From the NCBI RefSeq assembly GCF_018977255.1, contig NW_024704743.1, forward strand, positions 31,250,001 to 31,314,000: a stretch of DNA of 64,000 bases, read 5' to 3'. This stretch comes from Callorhinchus milii (lineage: Eukaryota). Of the stretch, positions 50,566 to 62,178 are shown in pieces. The notes below the pieces were generated by a model, which searched no databases, was not told where the DNA came from, and saw nothing but the letters and a program-made list of their open reading frames with translations. The translations under genes were made by a program, and so were the position numbers. Every line of letters starts with the position of its first letter. Position 1 is the stretch's first letter.

Positions 50566-51862
50566 CCCACAGCACGGAAACAACTCTGGTCAAAGTGACA
50601 AATGAGATTCTGTCCATCTGTGACCAGGGCTTCCTCTGCCTCCTCGTCCTCGCTGCTGCCTTCGATACCGTCAACCATTCTATCCTCATCCACCGTCTCT
50701 CCTCTCACCTCAACCTTCATGGTTCTGTCCTTGAAAGGTTCAGATTGTATCTCTCACACCGTCTCCACTTCATCTCCACAAAAGGTTTCTCTTCATCGTT
50801 TTGTGCGGCGTTCCTCAGGGCTCTGTCCTTGGTCCCGTCCTCTTCAATATCTATATGCTCCCTCTTGGTGACATCATCCGCAGACATGGGGTCAACTTCC
50901 GCATGTATGCGGATGACACCCAACTATATTTCTCTGTTTCCACCCTTGACTCCAGGACCACTGCTGTCCTGACAGAATGTCTGTCAGACATCAAGGCCTG
51001 GATGAGAGCTAACCTTCTTCACTTGAAGGTCAACAAGTCTGAGGCTCTCCTGAGTGGCTCCCGTCAGCGCCTCCGCACCTCAGGCGCTGAGAGCATCACC
51101 ATCCAAGAATGCACACTCCACCTTACTAAGCCAGTCCAGATCCTGGGCATCTTGTTTGACCCTCAACTATCCTTTCTACCCCACATCTGTGCCATGACCG
51201 GTTCTGCCTTCGCCCATCTCTGCAACATCGCCCGGCTCTGCCATTGTCTCACACCACAGGCCGCCAAAACTCTCATCCATGCATTCATAACATCTAAACT
51301 TGACTATGCAAACTGCCTGCTTTTCGGCCTCCCCAACTCCTCCTTCCATAGGCTGCAGATCATCCAGAACTCTGTAGCCTGTGTTCTTTCCCGCAGTAAG
51401 CTCCATGACCCTATCACCCCCATTCTCACTCGACTCCACTGGCTTCCCATCACACAGTTCAAGATCCTGGTGCTCACCTTCAAAGCCCTCCATGGCCTTG
51501 CTCCCCACTGCCCCTGCAACCTCCTAACCCCCTACTATCCTGCTCGCTCCCTCCGCTCAGCAGGCTCCAGTCTGCTTCACGCCTCCCCGCCTCGCCCACC
51601 CCACCATTGGCGGGTGGGCCCTCAGCCACTCTGCCCCCACCTTCTGGAACTCCATCCCACAGTCCCTCCGCCTCACCCCCTCCCTTGCCTCCTTCAAGAC
51701 CCTCCTCTTCGACCGTGCTTTCGATCACCCTCCTTCCCCTCCTCTCTCCACAATCCCCAAACCCGACCCCCAACTCGGGTCTGAAACACTGACTGTCCAG
51801 TGCCTTGGAACATCCTCCCGACGTGAAAGGTCCTTCACAAATGTAATTTTGTTGTTGTTGTT
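50566..51862 (+). mobile_element. Longest L2 copy: 5'-truncated ORF2 (RT domain plus C-terminus) with type-A tail; frameshifted
   Basis: HSTETTLVKVTNEIL...AAFDTVNHSILIHRL; ORF 50801..51784 [41 protein letters not shown]...[11 protein letters not shown]; ends aaatgtaatttt(gtt)n. Confidence 0.96.
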
Positions 51863-52686
51863 TTGCAGGAGTCAGAGGGAGAAATTAATTTGAATGTCTA
51901 CTGAGTCTTGAGATATCTACCCAAATTCCAGCCAGCCAGCAACCTGGAGTAGTTTTAAACCATCTCTTCAAAAGCAATACTAGAAGATGCTTATTTGTTA
52001 CGTACATAATCTGGTTAATTTGACTCTGAATCAGCACCACTGATGGTAAAGTACCAGAGTTACAATGCGTTATAGTAACAAAACACTCTCATCACCAAAA
52101 CAGAACACAAGCAGTTAGTGAAACATACATTAATTTTAAACAATGATTTAATATGTTCACAAAGACACATTAACGTGTGGTCACGTTTGCTGCTGTCAGC
52201 CCTGTGCTGTAGTCCTGCGCACTTGCCCTCTCTGCCGTGCGGGCATTGAACAGAAAATCCGCATGTATCGTACGTCCTGAGTGGCCGTCCCTCCCTCATC
52301 AATAGCTGCCTGAAACGTCCTTCACTTGGTCCAGTCCTGTCCTATAGCCCAGCTACACTGCTCACTGTGCAGTGTGACTGACTGCCTGCAGCCAGGGGAG
52401 GCGTTCTGTTGGAACAATAACCTTTTCACTGCTGGTCTGATTTGTTAATTTAGTGTCAGCCCTGACGTTAGCTGGTCTGTGCTTCAGGAGGAGCGTTGCC
52501 GTTTGCGATCTGTGTAGCAGCGTTTAGAATGGAAAAGACCCTAGAAATTGCTGGCTTATTCCCAGTGCTTTGGAATTAATGTTGAATGGTTCCGGTGATG
52601 TGTTGGAGGGTGCTGTGAGTTACTGTTGGATGTATGCGAGTTATTGGAAGAGATGGCCTCTGTTTCTCCCCCACACCCCCTACAAT

Positions 52687-53011
52687 GTGGAGTCCTGTAG
52701 CTCAGTGGTTAGAGCACTCGCTTTGCAAGCGAGAGATCTGAGTTCAATTCCAGGCAGGGCGAAACCTTGGGCAAGTTTCCTTACTCCACACAGAGCCTAA
52801 TAATAATCCCTCCAAAAAAACAAAACAATAATAAATTGGTCATTTTCAATCTACGACTGTTTGTGGGACATTGCTGTGCGCAATTGGCTGCCGCGTTCGC
52901 CCACAAATATACAGTCAATTCACTTTACAGTGTGTTCTGTGAAGCGCTTTGGGACGTCCTCCCGACGTGAAAAGCGCTATATCAAATGCAAGGATTATTA
53001 TTATTATTATT
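52687..53011 (+). mobile_element. Full-length young tRNA(Ala-like)-headed SINE (reference copy)
   Basis: A-box TAGCTCAGTGG, anticodon arm ctcgc-tttgcaa-gcgag (TGC), B-box GTTCAATTCC, body, L2-type 3' stem-loop, (tta)n tail. Confidence 0.95.
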
Positions 53012-55489
53012 AAAACAACCTGCTGTTTAAGGCTTACAATGCAGATCAGAAATATTGCTTTGCTGCTGCAACAAATCTGTCTTTCATATATAAATGTCAT
53101 ATAAACAGAGCAAAAAACACAACTAGCACACACTTGATTTGTTCTTTTAAGCAAACAAAGAAGCTCTAATGGCATCACTATCAAACACAAAAAGAAGGTT
53201 CTAGCTATAGTAGGACAGAAAAGATTTCAAATGCTTTGTTAAAGTTATGCAGAAACAAAACAGAACTTGTCAGAATACATACAAAGCATAAATAAACTAT
53301 AAAGCAATTTTATAAATGACAGAATGGGAAAGAGTGAAACAGAAGGGAAAACAGATGACAGGTCAAGACCTTGGCTTATTTAAAACCTTTTAATTATGTT
53401 TAAAATTTTACTTTGGAACATTTATTACAGCCATTTGGGATTAACATTTGAGCAGAAAAACTGCTGATGTTTCAATAGCTTAATTATTGTAACAGTTCTT
53501 GTTTCCGGACACAGGGCAAGAGCTGAAAACAATACAGGTTGGCTAACAGAGACAGAAGTTCCCATCAACCTGCCAGCACTCTAAAGGTTAAGGTCTCAGA
53601 CAAAGCACTTTAATTTACTCTGGTGTGTCAAAATTCACAGCGGGGCGATAAGGTGTAAGGTGACATGATACTTGTCCCACTTCTAGCTGCACAGCAAGTT
53701 AAAAGTTATAATTCTCCCATTATTGATTGCTGTGGTTTGGCAAATCATATTACTGAATAGAATGTTCCTTCTCCATTTAACTGCTGACATTTTGTAATTT
53801 CCTCTGCAGCCACTGTGTAAATAATAAAAGGTTAAATAACAGAGGTACAGTTAAATCTCTACAGTTTTAACATATGGCCTGAATTTGCTGGGTGGGTTTG
53901 TGCATACTATTCTTCATTTCATAGTGAAACTGTGAAGTAAATTGTATTGTGGCAGTTACTTAAAATTGTCAACATTACTGGTTTACGGTTTGCATCATAA
54001 TAAATGGTTACAACAACCTTGTCATCTGCAAAATAAGTCTGCAGAGAAAAAAATAGTGTTCTGTTGATAATTATTACTCCTGATTGGCAAGTTGTTTTTT
54101 TTAATTCTAATGTACACGCCAGATCTCAATACTAATTCACGTACTGGAACAATACAAAGGCTTTAATTTCATTCAAAACCTGTTTATCCTCATTCCACTA
54201 GAAACATCAAAATACTCCAGACTGAAAAAACAACCTGCCAGTACTTTAAATGAGTACAAGCTCCCCACATACAATATTGTATGAACAGTGGGTACCAGCA
54301 TGGATTCTACCTTGGCAGAATTCATCCTTTAAAACAGACATCAGATCATGTGCCTACAGCTGCTTCAAACAGCTCCAGAAAAACAAGTAGTTATCCAGCT
54401 TATCATTATTTTGGATTAGGAAGGTGTAACCATATTAAGGTCTTTTGCAAGGGTTAGAAGTACAGCGGGATTAGAATGAAACAGATTGAGGGCTCTAACA
54501 ATCTTTGATCCAGGGCTGAATCATACAGTTTAAAAGGAGTACTGGGTTGAAGTTGGCACATAGTCTGTTTTTAAAAGGTAAACTTCAGAAAACTGCTGTG
54601 GTTCTTTGTGTGACAAATGGCTTTAATCTCATCAGGTTGGAACTGGAAGTATCATGTGTCAACTGATGCACTGTTTGAATTTGGTAGTAACCCGGATTAG
54701 ACAGCACTTGGACCAGTTTTGTATAAAATTGATAAAAATATGAACTGTATAGCCCGCAAGCATCTATTCGATTGTAATAGTTTGGGGTTAGGAAACAATT
54801 CAGCAAGTTATTCATATTAGCCCTATTTCTATTGATTATTGCAAAGGTTGACATCAAACGTATTAAGGGATTAAAAAGCTAAAGTTTTCCACCAGCAAAT
54901 CAGTAGTTCTGAGAACTATTAAGATGTCACTAAGACAGCTCCAAATTTTTGCACCATGCAGTACTTGGCTGTTAAGAATTCATAAAATTGCCAAACCCTA
55001 GCTGACAGATTAGAGAAGACTGCAAGAAGGCCATTCGCCAAGCCTGCAACAAAGATCCTTTTTACTCAATTTGGATTGAAACCTTCAAGGCGAGCTTCAA
55101 ATCCACTAAAGAGTAAATTGACCCCTTAAACTACTCCCTGGTATTCTGCTTATACTGCTGTGTTTTTCATTGCAACTTTTTTTTGTGCATAAAACTAGTT
55201 GTCTTAGTCTGAAAATTGCTGGTCTGTGTTGCAATATCCACCTTTCGAAAAGATCTATGCAAGACATGCACAATCCAGCAGCAAATTACTGCAAGCAGGA
55301 TAATCGTTGGCTCCTGGGTCATGTATCAGTCAGGGCAGACTTGCCTAACAAAACAGAATAACACTGCATTATAGAGATTGAAAAAATTGTCCGCTTATGG
55401 GAACCACTGTGGATTGTTCCCCGGTAAAGATATTGTACAAGGAGTTTTTTATGCAAAATAGTGTACTTAACTGTACCCCTCCACAATTT

Positions 55490-56059
55490 ACACCCAATGC
55501 GGACGAGACCCTCGTCCACGCTTTCATCACCTCCCGCCTCATTTATTCCAATGCCCTATAAGTTAGAACTCTGTTAGTTAGATTAGTTGGATTTTGTGCA
55601 TATAGAACCCATATACTTACCAGCTCTAAACTCCGTACCCTCCTCACACCAGTTCTCACCAGACTCCACTGGCTCCCTGTCACAGAACTGATCAACTTCA
55701 ATATCCTCACACTGATCTACAAATCCCTTCACGCCCTGGCCCGTCCCGACCTGATTATCCCCTCTGCTCGACTGGTGTCCCTATCACAGAACGGATCCTG
55801 CTTCTTCCTCGTGCCCTCCGCTCCACCACTGGAGGCCAGGCTTTCAGCCACTACACCCCAAAACTTTGTAACTCTCTCCCTCAATCCTTCCACCTTGTCC
55901 CCTCCTTCACCTTTTTCAAATCATGCCTGAAGACCTTGCTCTTCGACCGTGTCACATCTCCCCTCCCTCTGGTTCAGTGTCAAGCTTCGCCATTGTTAAG
56001 CGCTCCAAGACAAACGCTACCCCGCAAGAAGGGCACTATATAAATGCACGTTGTTGTTG
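55490..56059 (+). mobile_element. L2 3' fragment (tail type B) with internal rearrangement
   Basis: gagaccctcgtccacgctttcatcacctcccgcctc (ETLVHAFITSRL); LHWLPV; tail gggcactatataaatgcacgttgttgttg. Confidence 0.88.
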
Positions 56060-58241
56060 TAATTATTAAATTTTAATTAGTCCACAAAAAAATTGATTGA
56101 TATATTCAGTTTAAAGGACATTTAAGGAAGAAATTGGAAGAATCTTCCTTGTTGTAGTAGTCAATGCCCTTACAAATTATATTAAAAAAAATTCCATTTG
56201 CATTTTATACTCCTTAGATTTCTCTGTACCTCATCATTATGAACTTCAATGTTTAAGATGCACTTCCTTGCTTTGTACTTGCTCCTCAAATTTTACTAAT
56301 TAACATTTCTCAATGTGAAATGGCATCCACCACCAACGTACTGGATGAAAATAAAAATCAAACTTTGCACAGGATAAGGAGTTGGGTTCTACATGCCTTT
56401 GAAAAAATATTTACCAAACAATTTTCATTTTTATAAAATACATAAAAGCCAGGGAGTGTAATGGCATATTGTTTTTGCTCTAACATATTGTACCACAGAA
56501 TTGGTACAATTGCAACTTTCACAAAATATAATTGACTTGATCTAAGGAAGCTTCAGATTTTAGTTTAAAGAAAACTGCAACCTTTACCTCTCACTGACAA
56601 AATGAATATTACACTTGCATAGACTTGAATCATGTGAGGAGATTTTCAGGTTAGTTAAAGTGAGTATAATAATAATCCTTATATTTGATATAGCGTCTTA
56701 TGACATCATCAAAACATCTTATATGTGCTTCACAGGATAAATTGTAACATGGTGTGACTGCATGTATTTTGTGAGCAAACTGGCCAGACAAGAGTTTAGA
56801 GAGCTACCCTGCAAAGAGGAAGCAAACATGGTATAGGTATGTGCTGCTTGGATGAAACCCCATGCCTCCTAGAGGTCTAGAAATAAAGCCTCCCAGCTGT
56901 CTGCTCAACAGAAGGGATGCAAGGTCAGTAAACAAAGCTGCTAAGATACATAATGTCCTGTCCTCGAATGTGTGAATTAAAAATCTAACCTATTTTTCAA
57001 AACGGAATAAAAATCGAGTTGTACATATAAACTAATACAACACCTCTAATGCTTAAGTTAAACATTTAAATTTACTAATAATTTTACAGCATTAAAATGG
57101 CCTTTGTGTCATGAGCACTAGAGCGTATGGTCCATCCTTGTTGGGTCAATCTGATGAAGCGGACTTGGTTAAAAATAAATGTTTCAAGAATGCAGAGGAG
57201 TTAGAATCTGCACAAAATGTACTACAACAGGGAAAAGATAACAGAACTGCTGTTATTTCCACCGGAGTCTCACTGCCAAACTGTGCAGACAAATTTGAGA
57301 ACAACAGTTCACCAGGCTGGCTTCCTGCTTCGAGGCAGGTTCCTCACTACCAGTAATTGAGGAGTGGGGGTAAAATCTTGGGCGATGGAATTCCCGCTCT
57401 CCCAAATTCAGCCCCCACTCGCACAAGGTGTTAATATCTACATTACTTCCTTTCCATCATCAGGGAACTCTAGCAGATCATGCGCAATATCTGATAACTT
57501 CACATCACTGTTTACAATGGCTGAAAACAATAGGGGCACAAATTTGCTTGTCAATCAACATAGACCCCACCAACGTCAAATAGGTTCTGTATGTCAATCA
57601 TTTTGTCAGAGCTGTTTACAGTACTTAGCATTAAAAAAGTACAGAGAAGTACAGTACTTCAATCTATGTGTATCATACCATGCCCTTTTTTAGGTCTGGG
57701 GTTTATCCATGTGGTTCTAAAATATAAGTAACACTTTAAATTTTGCATAAACAGTGTAATTCATACCCAACGACGGAGCAAGGTTATCATCATAATGTAG
57801 CCATTTTCTCACCATAGACTGTTCAATATGTACTTGGTGATTTCAGCAGACCTCAAGCTGTAACTCAAATCCAGGTGTTAGGTATATGTTTACAGCACAT
57901 GGTATGATTCTGAAAAGCTTGACTTATCTAAAAGTAAAATTGTAAGCATTTTTTTCCCAGCGACAGGAGAGAGAAATTTCAGCAGGAATTCAATATTTGC
58001 CTTTTTTCAGCGTTGAAGGCATTGATCAGATTGAGCACTTTTGCTGAAAATTAAAAAAACTATTCAATGAATGTATTTATCTGGCTTCCAAGTATTCAAT
58101 TGACTTGAACATTTAAAAATAGTGCAACTCTCTCTGTGGCAAAACATGCCGCATGTTAAAACAAACACAAGGCATTTATCAATCAAGTTTACGAGGTCTG
58201 AGCATATGTCCTAACTGAGGAAAAGAAAAAACAGCCAATTT

Positions 58242-58372
58242 CCATAGAAACTTAGAAATCTACAGCACAGAAAGAGGACATTCAGCCTATCAAACCTACA
58301 CCGGCTCACAGATCAAGGAGATACCTTGAATCCCACTGCCCTGCCTTATCCGTAAATCCCTCCAAACCCCTA
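58242..58372 (-). mobile_element. CR1 3' tail
   Basis: catagaaacttagaaatctacagcacagaaagaggacattcagcc; same type as 5574-5659. Confidence 0.65.
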
Positions 58373-58471
58373 ACATTAGAAATTTCAAAAATAAAACTGC
58401 TTTTGAGCTACTGCATGATCTGTCAACAAATATTTGTATTCCAAGCCTTCAAGAAATCTACAATATACCAC

Positions 58472-58697
58472 ATATTCACATTCAAATCCCTTCACGCCCT
58501 GGAACCTGCCTCCTGCTCTGGCCTGCTTGTACCCTACTCCATTCGCTCAGCTAACATAGGTCTATTGCATGTCCCCCGCCGCTCACACTCCAACATCACT
58601 GGCCTTGCTTCAGCCCCTACAGCTCTAACTTTGGAACACCTGGCTCAATCCCTCTGCCTCGTCCTCTCTTTATCTTTAAATCCCAGGTTAAGACCTA
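58472..58697 (+). mobile_element. Diverged L2 fragment
   Basis: IFTFKSLHALEP... and ctttggaac...ccctc resembling the LWNSLP segment. Confidence 0.6.
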
Positions 58698-59098
58698 TAT
58701 CTGTGCAAAGAAATATCTGATATCTGAAACTTACTCTTCACAATCAAAAACTTCCGCCTTGTATCTGAAAGCATTTGTCCAGGGCTACCTTTAACTTTTT
58801 AAGCAACTTGTTCACTTCACGAGGAACTCCAGAGATGTTACTTTTCAAGCCTGAAGAGCTCTAGCTAATCAAATTATGAGAAGATGTTGAGGGGGGGAAC
58901 CCTTCAAAATCCAATCAAGTATTCAACACTCTAAGGTTGGTGTGTACTTTCCAGAATGCCATCAACATGATAAAATTTTAACTTGTGTTGACTTTTAGTT
59001 TCTTGAAAACAAGCTCTATCTCTATGTGTACACTCTGTCCTCTCTGTGTATGGGATCAGAGAACAGAGTAAAGTGGGCAGGAAAAAAATATAAAATCT

Positions 59099-59207
59099 TT
59101 CACCCACAAATATGCAGTCATTTCCACTGTTATGTGAAAGGCTTCGAGACATCTCAGCAACGTGATAAGGTGCTGTGTCAAATGCAAGGATTATTATTAT
59201 TTTATTA
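59099..59207 (+). mobile_element. SINE tail
   Basis: gagacatctcagcaacgtgataaggtgctgtgtcaaatgcaaggattattatt. Confidence 0.8.
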
Positions 59208-60530
59208 TGATACAAAAAACTGAAAATGTGCTCTGACCAAGGATTTAGGAAAACTGCCATTTTTGAACACTCCAAATAATCGATTCCCACTATAGAATTT
59301 CTCACAGACACAATCCAAGACTTTCTTAACCTTTGCTTGATCAGCTATTTGAACTCTGAACATGGATTACTGTGGTAGCATGTACAGAGTTTCTAAACAG
59401 GCAGTTTTCCCAAACTGACAGCATGGACTTTCCAACCTCTAGGATCATGTACCAAAGACATTAAATTACATTTTGTGCTTCACCTATATGGTTAATCTGT
59501 TCTGTGCTTCACCGATATGGCTAATCTGCCTGAACATTGAACAACTCAGAGCTTAATGGTTGCGGGCCAGCCATTCAGGATTTAAATGGACATATAAACC
59601 ATACACATGTTAAAGTGTACGTAAGCAATTCAGTAGTTTAATGTCTGAAATTCCACAATTTACCCCACGTACAAATTTCTGGTTATGAAATCTGAAAGAA
59701 AGCATTGTCATTCTCCCTTAAGAATTGCAACCATGAAACTTAAGAATTGCCGATCGAGTTTTCAAACAGTGGGGTGGAAATATCTGTATTAAAAGCTGCC
59801 TTACACTCAGATTAATATCTTCCAAATCTACATGAAATATTACTCTACTGCTGCCAATTTCCAAATCATCTCAAAATAGAGAACAAGCTGCTTGGTTGCT
59901 ACTGAGCCACACAGCCTAGGAAAGATGCAAATGTTTAAGCTGTGCTGGGTACAGTGGTTTAGCTTAGTCAAGGCAGAATTCCAAGCACTACAATTATTTT
60001 CAGTGTCCTAAGTTTGGGAGGTGAGGGGAACAACCAGGTTACCCTGTACCACGTACCAATGACCTACGCACGGAGTGCAAATGTGGCTCCAACTCCACGA
60101 TGCGGCCCTCAAAGTTACATGCTCTAGGTTAACTCATTAAAAATGGTGGGCTGTCTTGATGAGGCATTGAAGAGATATTAAACACTGTGCAACTGTACCA
60201 CAACACGAGACAAGAAAGGAAGGGAGAAAAGGCAGAAAAATCATTTTAAAATGAGAGATAAAAGCTGATACATTTGCTAATCTAGGCAAGTCTGGAACAC
60301 ATCACTGGCAGATTCAAGTTCTACACAGAGAAATCTGTCTCATATGAATGATATTTTAAAAACACAACCGCAGCCTTCAAGAGTAAAGTCTGCAGTACTC
60401 ACAGAATCCACAGGATGCTGTCAAAACATTTCTTTGAATTCAGTGTTTATACTGATAACTCAGAACAAAACATTTCTCATTTTAAAAATGTGTTTACTTT
60501 CATTTACCCGAGTCTATCATTGTGCCAATC

Positions 60531-60950
60531 ACAGACCAGCCAGCCTGGCTTGTCAGCAAGGCTTGGAGGGACAGAGAAATCGCTCGGGGAAGGGATTCTT
60601 CTTACTCAGCTCTTGTTAACCCTGCAAACCAAAACCCAATGGGCAGGGTGTAGAACTTGAATCTGCCAGTGATGTTTTCCAGACTTGCCTTGTCCAGCAA
60701 TACTCCAACACACACTCTGGGGTTCCCAAGGCTTGGCTCTTGTCAACCTGCACCAGATACTTTCCAGAATTAGGTAAGCAACAACAAAAATAATCTTACA
60801 TTTGTATAGCGCCCTTCACGTCGGGAGCATGTCCCAAGGCGTTGAAAGCAAGGTGCATTCCCTACATAGGTGGAACTCAGTCCAGTTTGGATACTCTTAA
60901 ACATGGTAATGGGTATCCACATGCAACAGACACCCATCTGACTAAAACAA
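60531..60950 (+). repeat. Family X repeat copy with nested inverted L2-A tail (60779-60843)
   Basis: agaccagccagcctggc...ccagaattaggtaagc[aacaacaaaaataatcttacatttgtatagcgccc...]...gtttggatactcttaaacatgg. Confidence 0.85.
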
Positions 60951-61230
60951 AATATTGCCGAACTCAAAAAGCAGGCAGTCAAGCTGTTCCCACGTCTTTG
61001 TCATCGTTTCTCTTGAGCCAGAAGCTTGCCTGAGCAGCCTGAGTACCGTGCCGTATAAAGTTATTCTTCTTTGGAGAAGTGCTCAGCCTACGATGAACTT
61101 CTTCCCCTGAGAGACTGAAGATGATTGGCAACGGTTGTATAGGGAATCAGAAGCATCAACCTATACCTAATACTACAGTTAACACTGAGCTTGCAACTCT
61201 AACATCAAACCTATACCACTAATCTCCCAT

Positions 61231-61453
61231 GTGGAGTCCTGTAGCTCAGTGGTTAGAGCTCTTGCCTCGCAAGTGATTCCCGGCAGGGTGAAACGCTGGG
61301 CAAGTTTCCTTACTCCACATGCCTCTGTTTACCTTCCAGTAAGTAGGAACCCGGTTGTTAGTCAATTGGCAGATTGTTTTTCTGGGCGTAATAATTCCTT
61401 CAAAATAATAATAATAATTTGGTCACTCAATCCACGACTGTTTGTGGGACACT
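61231..61453 (+). mobile_element. SINE 5' two-thirds, older long subfamily
   Basis: gtggagtcctgtagctcagtggttagagc...gtaagtaggaacccggttgttagtc...gtttgtgggacact. Confidence 0.9.
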
Positions 61454-61508
61454 GGCTATTTTGAAATGTTTGTGATATTGCCCAGCTGAATACTGTACTT
61501 ATTTCTGG

Positions 61509-61650
61509 CTTTTGGAGACACTAGATTTTGCCCAGTCAAACAGGTGCTTTGTAAATAAGATTATACTATTTTAATAAAGACTTTTGGAGACACTAGATTT
61601 TTCCCAGTCAGACAGGTGCTTCGTAAATAAGATTACACTTTTTTAATAAA
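61509..61650. repeat. Tandem duplication, 2 x ~72 bp
   Basis: cttttggagacactagatttt...aataagatta...ttttaataaa twice. Confidence 0.9.
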
Positions 61651-61939
61651 TGCAATAATATTGCAATTTTACTTTAAATTCCTCCAAAATTCACAACTAA
61701 TTTAGAATATTAAACATGAAAACTGTGCTTGCAAATTAACAAAATGCTGTGTCTGCTAAAGTGAAGCTTTCCATTGGGGTGACCAACATGGTTGTGCTGT
61801 AGCAGTTTCCAGACTTGACAAAATACACTACAATGAATAGCAATGCCTTTGTGGAAAAAAAAGCTTTATCTCCAACGATGTGTATGACAACCTGCACGAT
61901 ACCAAACTTTTATTGTGAGGAAGGCACAAAATGTTTGAG

Positions 61940-62178
61940 ATCCTTGCTTTTGATATAGCGCCTTGCATGTCGTTGTGACGTGTCAAAGCGCTTCACAGGA
62001 AATACTATAAAGTGGACTGACTGTATTTTGTGAGAAAAGCACGGCAGCCAGTTGCGCACAACAACATCCCACAAACATCCACCTGAACAGGCAGACACGA
62101 TCTCAGTTTACCGTCTCATCCAAAGGTTGGCATCTCCGACAATGCAACACCTATTGCATTGCATTGGAGTGTCAGCTT
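61940..62178 (-). mobile_element. SINE tail joined to Deu-domain core
   Basis: atccttgcttttgatatagcgcc...cacaaacatccacctgaacaggcagac...cgtctcatccaaaggttggcatctccgacaatgc. Confidence 0.75.

Noticed and set aside
50801..51784. 327-aa ORF as a host gene or active retrotransposon
   Set aside because: 5'-truncated L2 ORF2 with frameshifts and no endonuclease domain or ORF1.
52687..52760. tRNA-Ala gene
   Set aside because: No proper acceptor stem; it continues into a SINE body present in many copies.
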